Origin: Blastococcus sp.
Lineage (GTDB): Bacteria; Actinomycetota; Actinomycetes; Mycobacteriales; Geodermatophilaceae
Length of the DNA stretch: 64,000 nucleotides
Reading direction: 5' to 3'
NCBI GenBank assembly: GCA_025965715.1
Contig: JAOPWJ010000053.1
Coordinates: forward strand, 1,291 to 65,290
In this document: piece by piece, positions 57,946-64,000 of the stretch
Numbering within the stretch: the first letter of the stretch is position 1
Layout of the letters: the number at the start of each line of letters is the position of its first letter
Program-made: the position numbers and the translations under genes
Notes under the pieces: model-generated
The model's input: only the letters and a program-made list of their open reading frames with translations
Databases searched by the model: none
What the model was told of the DNA's origin: nothing

Positions 57946-59037
57946 ATGAGCGCCCGGCCGAACAGCCACCTCCCCTCCGACCTCGAGCCCTACCGCGTGC
58001 GGCTCTCCGAGCCCGGCGAGATCGCCGCGGCCGTGCCCCAGCTGCTCGGCTTCCGGCCGAGCGAATCCGTGGTGCTCATCGGGCTGGGCGGTCGCCGCGG
58101 TGACCGGGTGGGGCTGACCGTGCGGGCCGACATCCCGCAGCCGGCACACGCCGCCGAGGTGGTCGGCGTCCTCGTGCGGAGCATCCGGACCCAACGGCCC
58201 GGCGCCGTGGTGGTCGCGGTCGTCTCCGAGGCGCCGGACGAGGGGGCCGGCCCTCTGCCGGCGTTCCGGCCGGAGGGGGGCCTTCCGCACCGCGAGCTGC
58301 TGAGGGAACTGACCATGGAGCTCACGGCAGCCCGGCTCCCGGTGCGCGATGCCCTCCTGGTGCGGTCCGGGCGATGGTGGTCCTACGACTGCTCCCAGCC
58401 GTGCTGCGCTCCCGGACGGGGAACCGCGCTGCCGGGGGGCGTGACGGCGCTCGAGGCGGCCGCCGTGGTGGGCGGAATGGTCGTGGAGGGCAGCCGACGG
58501 GACCTCGAGCGGCGGCTCGAGGACCCGGATGGGCGGCCAGGCGCGCGGGAGGCCTGCATCCGGTGGGCGGGGGAGGGGTGGGCGCAGGCGGCCGCGCGCG
58601 GATCGGCAGCGGTCACCGCCGACGCCTGGGCGGCCGTCGGAGAGGCGATGGCCGCCTGCCGCTCCGGCCCGGGGACGGCGACGCCGCGGTTGACCGACGA
58701 CCTCGTCGCCCGGGTGGTCTGGGGTCTGCGGGACACAGCGGTACGGGACCGGGCCCTGGCACTGGCTCTGACCGCGGACCCCGCACCCCTGGAGGACCTC
58801 TGGACGCAGTGCACGCGGCGGGCGCCCGCTCCGCTGGATGCCGCACCGGCCACCCTGCTGGCCGTCAGCGCGTGGCTGCGTGGCGACGGCGCCATGGCCA
58901 ACATCGCCCTGGAACGCGCCTTGGACAGCGACCCCGACTACCGGCTGGCCGGCCTGCTGGCGGAGGCATTGGCCCGATGCATGCGCCCCACCGACCTGCG
59001 CGCCATGATCTCCGAAACGGCGACCCGCGGTGTGTGA
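57946..59037 (+). CDS. DUF4192 domain protein
   Basis: AAVPQLLGFRPSESVV, RWWSYDC..PCC, AWLRGDGAMANIALERAL..DPDYRLA. Confidence 0.9.
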   Translation: MSARPNSHLPSDLEPYRVRLSEPGEIAAAVPQLLGFRPSESVVLIGLGGRRGDRVGLTVRADIPQPAHAAEVVGVLVRSIRTQRPGAVVVAVVSEAPDEGAGPLPAFRPEGGLPHRELLRELTMELTAARLPVRDALLVRSGRWWSYDCSQPCCAPGRGTALPGGVTALEAAAVVGGMVVEGSRRDLERRLEDPDGRPGAREACIRWAGEGWAQAAARGSAAVTADAWAAVGEAMAACRSGPGTATPRLTDDLVARVVWGLRDTAVRDRALALALTADPAPLEDLWTQCTRRAPAPLDAAPATLLAVSAWLRGDGAMANIALERALDSDPDYRLAGLLAEALARCMRPTDLRAMISETATRGV

Positions 59038-59056
59038 CCCGGCTCCCGGCCCCTGG

Positions 59057-61123
59057 TCACAGCAGCTCGGGTCGCTGCCACCCCTCGCCGAGGACGTGCT
59101 CAGTCATGAAGGCGAGGATCGTCTCGTACCAGACCATCGAGTTCCCCGGCGTCAGCACCCAGTGGTTCTCGTCGGGGAAGTACAGGAACTTCGAGGGCAC
59201 CCCACGCTTCTGCAGGTCGTACCAGAGCCGGAGCGCCTCCCCGATCGGCACCCGGTAGTCCTTGTCGCCGTGGATGACCAGCATCGGCGTGCGGATCGCG
59301 TCGGCGAAGCGGTGTGGCGAGTTCTGCTCGTAGCGCTTGGGATCCCGCAGCGGGTCGCCCCACTCCTTCTCCCAGTAGTAGGCGGCGTCGGTCGTCCCCG
59401 TGAAGGCGTCGAGGTCCCAGAGGCTGGCGTGCGTGACGATCGCCCGGAAGCGGTCGGTCTGCGTCGCCACCCAATTCGCCATGTAGCCGCCGAAGGAACC
59501 GCCCATCGCCGCGGTACGCGTCGCATCGATGTCAGGGCGCTGCTCGGCTGCGTCCACGGCAGCCATCAGGTCGGTGTAGGGCGCGCCGCCCCACTCGCCC
59601 CAGCCACGCCGCACGAAGTCCAGCCCGAAACCCTGCGAGAGGGCCGGGTTCGGCAGCAGCACCGCATAGCCGCGGGCTGCCATCACCCACGGACACCACC
59701 GCCAGGACCAGGAGTTCCAGCTCATCAGCGGTCCGCCATGGATCCACAGCAGGAGCGGCGCCGGCGACTCCGCCGAGGCGCCCTCGGGCAGGACGAGCCA
59801 CGAGTGCACCCGCGCTCCGTCTGCGCCGACGGCCTCCACCTCGTGCAGCGTGCCGGGCAGGCCGTCGAGGGTTCCGGGGTTGGGCAGTGCCGCAGGCTCC
59901 TGGTGCGATGCCTCCGGGTCCAGCCGCACCGGGGCGTCCGGCGAGTCGTACGCCGACCGCAGGGCGTAGAGGGCGCTGCCGTCGCGAGCCACCTGGAGGT
60001 GGCTGTAGGCGCCGTCGGCCGTCAACCGCACCGGATCTCCGCCGTCGAGCCCCACCCGGAAGACGGCGTGCCGGCCGTTGTCGTCGGCGAGGAAGAAGAC
60101 CGCGGAACCGTCGGCGCTGAACTGCGGCGCGCTGGGCCACCGGTCGAAGTCCGGCGTCAGCTCGCGAGCGGTGCCGTCGGCCACGTCGACGAGGAGCAGG
60201 GTGTAGTCCGGCGGCTCGTCGTAGGTCGACAGCGCCTCGCGGACGCACACCACGGTGGCGCCGTCGGGCGAGAAGCGCGCGCCGTAGATCTCGGCCAGGG
60301 GGTCGTCGACGAGCACCCGGGTGTCACCGGTGGCCGTGTCGGTGAGCACGAGCCGGGTGCGGCGCCCCGCGGGACCGTCGGCGACGTCCACCGAACGCGC
60401 CAGCAGCGACCCGTCGGGGGAGAGCGCCATGTCCTCACCGGCACCGCTGGGAGGCAGCGCGTCGGGGGTCAGATCCTGCAGGACCGGGTGCTCGGCACCT
60501 GTGGCGGGCTCGTCGGCCGGTAGCCGGCCGGCCCAGAAGAGGTGAGGTGCGGCCGGGCCGAGGTCGTGATCCCAGAACCGAACGGGATATCCCTCGTGCA
60601 GGACCGCGGAGACGCCGGCGTCCTTGCGCTTCGTGCGGCGCTCCTGGTCGGCCTCCGGGTCGGAGCCCCCGGGCATGGTCGCGGACCCGACGACCACGTC
60701 GCCGCTCTCCGCCGCGACGGTGAAGAAGGAGATCCCGGCAGGGCGGGTGAGCACCGGGCGGGCCTCGCCGCCGTCGGCCGGCAGGCTCCACAGCGCGGGC
60801 TTCGGTTCGCCGTCGTCCTTCGCGCCGGGCACCGGACGGGCCGAGGTGAACAGCAGGGAGCCGTCGGGCGCCCACATCGGCGAGGACTCCCCGGGGGCGC
60901 TCCGCGTGAGACGGCGGGCCGGACGCTCCCCGCAGGGGTCGACCTCCCACAGTGCCGACTGCCACTTCTTCTTCTCGGCGTCCAGCGTGGCAACCGAGAT
61001 CGCCAGCCGGCGCCCGTCCGACGACAGGGCGAGCGAGCTCACCCGTGGGAGGGCGACGAAGGCGGCGAGGTCGGCGAACGGGCTGCCCTCGGGCTCGGCG
61101 CGTGCGGGTGCTGGCTGGCTCAC
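59057..61123 (-). CDS. S9 family peptidase (prolyl oligopeptidase / acylaminoacyl peptidase-like)
   Basis: IHGGP; GGSFGGYM nucleophile; HGDKDYRV; FPDENHW. Confidence 0.93.
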   Translation of the reverse strand: MSQPAPARAEPEGSPFADLAAFVALPRVSSLALSSDGRRLAISVATLDAEKKKWQSALWEVDPCGERPARRLTRSAPGESSPMWAPDGSLLFTSARPVPGAKDDGEPKPALWSLPADGGEARPVLTRPAGISFFTVAAESGDVVVGSATMPGGSDPEADQERRTKRKDAGVSAVLHEGYPVRFWDHDLGPAAPHLFWAGRLPADEPATGAEHPVLQDLTPDALPPSGAGEDMALSPDGSLLARSVDVADGPAGRRTRLVLTDTATGDTRVLVDDPLAEIYGARFSPDGATVVCVREALSTYDEPPDYTLLLVDVADGTARELTPDFDRWPSAPQFSADGSAVFFLADDNGRHAVFRVGLDGGDPVRLTADGAYSHLQVARDGSALYALRSAYDSPDAPVRLDPEASHQEPAALPNPGTLDGLPGTLHEVEAVGADGARVHSWLVLPEGASAESPAPLLLWIHGGPLMSWNSWSWRWCPWVMAARGYAVLLPNPALSQGFGLDFVRRGWGEWGGAPYTDLMAAVDAAEQRPDIDATRTAAMGGSFGGYMANWVATQTDRFRAIVTHASLWDLDAFTGTTDAAYYWEKEWGDPLRDPKRYEQNSPHRFADAIRTPMLVIHGDKDYRVPIGEALRLWYDLQKRGVPSKFLYFPDENHWVLTPGNSMVWYETILAFMTEHVLGEGWQRPELL

Positions 61124-61466
61124 CGGCGACCTCTCTGTGGTGGCTGTCCTACGTTGGGGTCACCCTAGCCAGCGCGGCGGCGGCAGCGCGGGCGCAGCGA
61201 TCTTCGCCAGCAGCGCGCCTTCCTCCTAGGGACGCCGGCGGGCAGGCGCCGTACCTCCGTGCCGTCGTCGCGGCGGGTGACGACGACGTCGTGGACCGAC
61301 GGGACGAAAGCAGCTGCAGGAGGAGCTCGCTGACGAAGGCCGCGCAGACCCGTGCCCGATGCCGCAGCGGCCCACCCGGACGCGGCCGGAGCTCGGCGTG
61401 GAACACATCAGCGGCGCGCACGTCGTCCCCGTCGTGGTTCCTCCGCCGATGCACGCGGTCGGCCGG

Positions 61467-62207
61467 TCAGAGCAGCGGTGCGACCTCCAGCGGGCTGAGC
61501 TCCTCGTCGAGGGCGCTGACGAACAGGTGCTGGGCCACACCCGCGGGCAGGACCCGGCCGTCGAGGCTCACCGATCCCTCGGCCAGCCGGGCGGTCATCG
61601 TGGCGCCCGGCCGCACGTCCTGCTTGGCCAGCAGGCGGAGCATCTCGGCGTTCTCCTGCAGCTGCTCGCTGATCCGGCGGATGACGACCGGCCGCCCCTC
61701 GGCCGTGGCGGTGGTGGAGAGGAGGGTCAGCGAGTCGAGCACCGCGGAGGTCTCGCCGCCCAGGCCGCGCATGCCGGGATGACGGTCCCCCCGCAACGCG
61801 TCGAGGCCCGGGATCGGGTTGCCGAACGGGGACACCGTCGGGTTGCCGAGCAGGCTGAGCAGCTTGCGCTCCACCGCCTCGCTCATCACGTGCTCCCAGC
61901 GGCACGCCTCCTCGTGGACGTCGGCGTAGTCCAGCCCGATCACGTCCACCAGCAGGCACTCGGCCAGGCGGTGCTTGCGCATGACTGCGGTCGCCAGCTG
62001 GCGGCCCTCGTCGGAGAGCTGCAGGTGTCGGTCGCCCTCGACGCTGAGCAGGCCGTCGCGCTCCATGCGGGCCACCGTCTGGCTGACCGTGGGGCCGCTC
62101 TGGTGCAGGCGCTCGGCGATACGCGCGCGCAGCGGGACGATCCCCTCCTCCTCGAGCTCGAAGATCGTCCGGAGGTACATCTCGGTGGTGTCGATGAGGT
62201 CGTTCAC
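61467..62207 (-). CDS. ideR: iron-dependent repressor IdeR/DtxR
   Basis: DLIDTTEMYLRTI, RARIAERLHQSGPTVSQTVARMERDGL, VMRKHRLAE, EACRWEHVMSE, SPFGNPIPGL. Confidence 0.95.
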   Translation of the reverse strand: MNDLIDTTEMYLRTIFELEEEGIVPLRARIAERLHQSGPTVSQTVARMERDGLLSVEGDRHLQLSDEGRQLATAVMRKHRLAECLLVDVIGLDYADVHEEACRWEHVMSEAVERKLLSLLGNPTVSPFGNPIPGLDALRGDRHPGMRGLGGETSAVLDSLTLLSTTATAEGRPVVIRRISEQLQENAEMLRLLAKQDVRPGATMTARLAEGSVSLDGRVLPAGVAQHLFVSALDEELSPLEVAPLL

Positions 62208-62342
62208 AGGTACTCCTCCGTGTCGGACGCGAGTCTACGGGGGAGGACGGTCGGGGTCGGCCGCCACCGAGGGAGGGGGGGCGCCGGTGTCGCCGGTGGT
62301 CAGAACGGGGCGTGGGCCGGCCGAACGGGTAGCGTCGCGACC

Positions 62343-63524
62343 GTGAGCGACTCGGTGGCCGTCGTCTGGGACGACGCGCTGCTCGGCTACACCATGGGCG
62401 GCGACCACCCGATGCACCCGGTGCGGCTGGACCTCACCATGCGCCTGGCCGACAGCCTGGGCGTGCTGAGCTCGAGCCGGCTGCAGGTGATCCGCCCGAC
62501 GCCCGCCGACACCGAGCTGCTCACCCTCGTGCACGACCCGGCCTATCTCGACGCCGTCCGCCGTGCGCCGGGCGACCCCGGCGTCGGCCACGGTCTCGGG
62601 CCGCCCGACAACCCGATCTTCGCGGGGATGTACGACGCCGCCGCCCTCATCACCGGGGGCAGCGTGCAGGCCGCTCGCGAGGTGCACAGCGGGCGCGCAC
62701 AGCACGCGGTGAACATCGCCGGCGGACTGCACCATGCGATGCGCAACGCCGCCTCGGGCTTCTGCGTGTTCAACGACGCGGCTGTTGCGATCGCCTGGCT
62801 GCTCGGGCAGGGCTACGAGCGCATCGCCTACGTCGACCTCGACGTGCACCACGGGGACGGCGTCCAGACCGCCTTCTACGACGATCCGCGGGTTCTCACC
62901 GTGAGCGTGCACCAGACGCCGCTCACGCTGTTCCCGGGGACCGGCTTCCCCGAGGAGACCGGCGACCCGGACAAGGCGATGGGCAGCGCGGTGAACCTGG
63001 CGCTGCCCAACGGTGCCGACGACAGCGCTTGGCTGCGCGCCTTCACCGCCGTGGTCCCGAGCGTGCTCCGCGCCTTCGAGCCGCAGATCCTGGTCACCCA
63101 GTGCGGATGCGACGCCCACCACGAGGATCCGCTCGCCGACCTGGCCCTCACCATCGACGGGCAGCGGGCCAGCTACCAGGCGATGCACGAGCTGGCGCAC
63201 TCGCTCTGCGACGGCAAGTGGGTGGTCCTGGGCGGCGGCGGCTACGGGCTCGTGCGCTGCGTTCCCCGAGCGTGGACCCACCTGATCGCCGAGGTGAGCG
63301 GCGAGCAGCTGGACCCGGCGACCGAGATTCCGCAGTCCTGGCGCGACGACGTCGAGTCGCGGGGGTTCCGGATCCGTCCGCCGACGCACATGACCGAGGG
63401 CGGCTACACCGGCTTCTCGCGCTGGGACGCCTTCACCGAGACCCGCGCCGACCGGGCGATCATGCGTACCCGCCGCGCGTCGTTCCCGTACTTCGGTCTC
63501 GACCCGGACGACCCGCGTGACTGA
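62343..63524 (+). CDS. acuC: AcuC Zn-dependent deacetylase (HDAC family)
   Basis: HPMHPVRL, GGLHHA, GFC, DLDVHHGDG, FPGTG, DAH..DPL, GGGGY. Confidence 0.92.
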   Translation: MSDSVAVVWDDALLGYTMGGDHPMHPVRLDLTMRLADSLGVLSSSRLQVIRPTPADTELLTLVHDPAYLDAVRRAPGDPGVGHGLGPPDNPIFAGMYDAAALITGGSVQAAREVHSGRAQHAVNIAGGLHHAMRNAASGFCVFNDAAVAIAWLLGQGYERIAYVDLDVHHGDGVQTAFYDDPRVLTVSVHQTPLTLFPGTGFPEETGDPDKAMGSAVNLALPNGADDSAWLRAFTAVVPSVLRAFEPQILVTQCGCDAHHEDPLADLALTIDGQRASYQAMHELAHSLCDGKWVVLGGGGYGLVRCVPRAWTHLIAEVSGEQLDPATEIPQSWRDDVESRGFRIRPPTHMTEGGYTGFSRWDAFTETRADRAIMRTRRASFPYFGLDPDDPRD

Positions 63525-64000
63525 TAAGGGACCCCCCTTCCCGCCACCGCTCGCAAGCTCGCAGCGGGACCCTGAAGCGGGGCCGAGCGAGAACCCGATG
63601 CCGCCGCCGCACTGGGAGGCCGACATCGTCGCCGCGGACGGCGGCACGGTGCACCTGCGGCCGATCTGCCCCGAGGACGACGAGGGCCTGGTCGGGCTCA
63701 TGGACCGCAGCAGCGACCAGACGCGCTACTACCGGTTCTTCGGGCCGATGAAGCGCCTCTCCGAGAAGGACCTGCCCCGGGACACCCACGTCGACCACGT
63801 CGACCGGGTGGCCTTCGTCGTGCTGCTGGGCGACTCTCTGGTCGCCGTCGGGCGCTACGACCGCTATCCCGGAACCGACGACGCCGAGGTCGCGTTCCTG
63901 GTCGAGGACGCGCACCAGGGACGGGGCCTCGGGTCGGTCCTGCTCGAGCACCTCGCCGCCGCCGCCCGGGAGCGCGGCATCAAGCGGTTCGTCGCCGAGG
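63517..64000 (+). CDS. GNAT/acyl-CoA synthetase-type protein lysine acetyltransferase (Pat-like), 5' part, runs off the window
   Basis: WEADIVAADGGTVHLRPI, YYRFF, AEVAFLVEDAHQGRGLG; starts at GTG 63517 (overlapping the acuC stop) or at in-frame ATG 63598. Confidence 0.85.
   Translation, partial: MTDKGPPFPPPLASSQRDPEAGPSENPMPPPHWEADIVAADGGTVHLRPICPEDDEGLVGLMDRSSDQTRYYRFFGPMKRLSEKDLPRDTHVDHVDRVAFVVLLGDSLVAVGRYDRYPGTDDAEVAFLVEDAHQGRGLGSVLLEHLAAAARERGIKRFVAE
63526..63585 (+). repeat. REP-like palindromic repeat, copy D
   Basis: AAGGGACCCCCCTTCCCGCCACCGCTCGCAAGCTCGCAGCGGGACCCTGAAGCGGGGCCG. Confidence 0.65.

Noticed and set aside
61149-61454. ORFs between the S9 peptidase and ideR
   Set aside because: No coherent coding signal; at most a decayed fragment
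1-64000. tRNA, rRNA, prophage, integrase or IS elements
   Set aside because: No cloverleaf or rRNA signatures, no transposase or integrase motifs, and no obvious low-GC island seen by eye

Overview
64 kb of very GC-rich actinobacterial chromosome. Gene content and a recurrent ~55-bp palindromic repeat suggest a Geodermatophilaceae (Blastococcus-like) organism, but that is inference. I can support about 68 CDSs and saw no rRNA, tRNA, CRISPR array, integrase or transposase. Main modules: RtcB/NUDIX; an NlpC/P60 hydrolase under a c-di-AMP riboswitch; a 1975-aa DUF4011/SF1-helicase/Vsr-like/DUF3320 protein (Hhe-type anti-phage candidate); MMPL-TetR; an Fe ABC transporter with an IdeR box (ideR itself is at 61.5-62.2 kb); and an uncharacterised carboxylate uptake/catabolism island (TctABC, CitAB-type two-component system, GntR, Ldh_2, ABM, cupin, IPMDH/ICDH-like, RraA, two USP paralogs). 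Also present are csoR-copZ-orf-copA, hsp20-MerR and acuC-pat. The most notable finding is an apparently complete set of homologs of the mycobacterial 3-O-methylmannose polysaccharide genes (manT, meT3, mmpH, meT1) with an extra, translationally coupled GT2. One copy of the palindromic repeat is read in frame at the N-terminus of the Pat acetyltransferase. All family calls come from motif recognition by eye with no database search, and start codons are best estimates.
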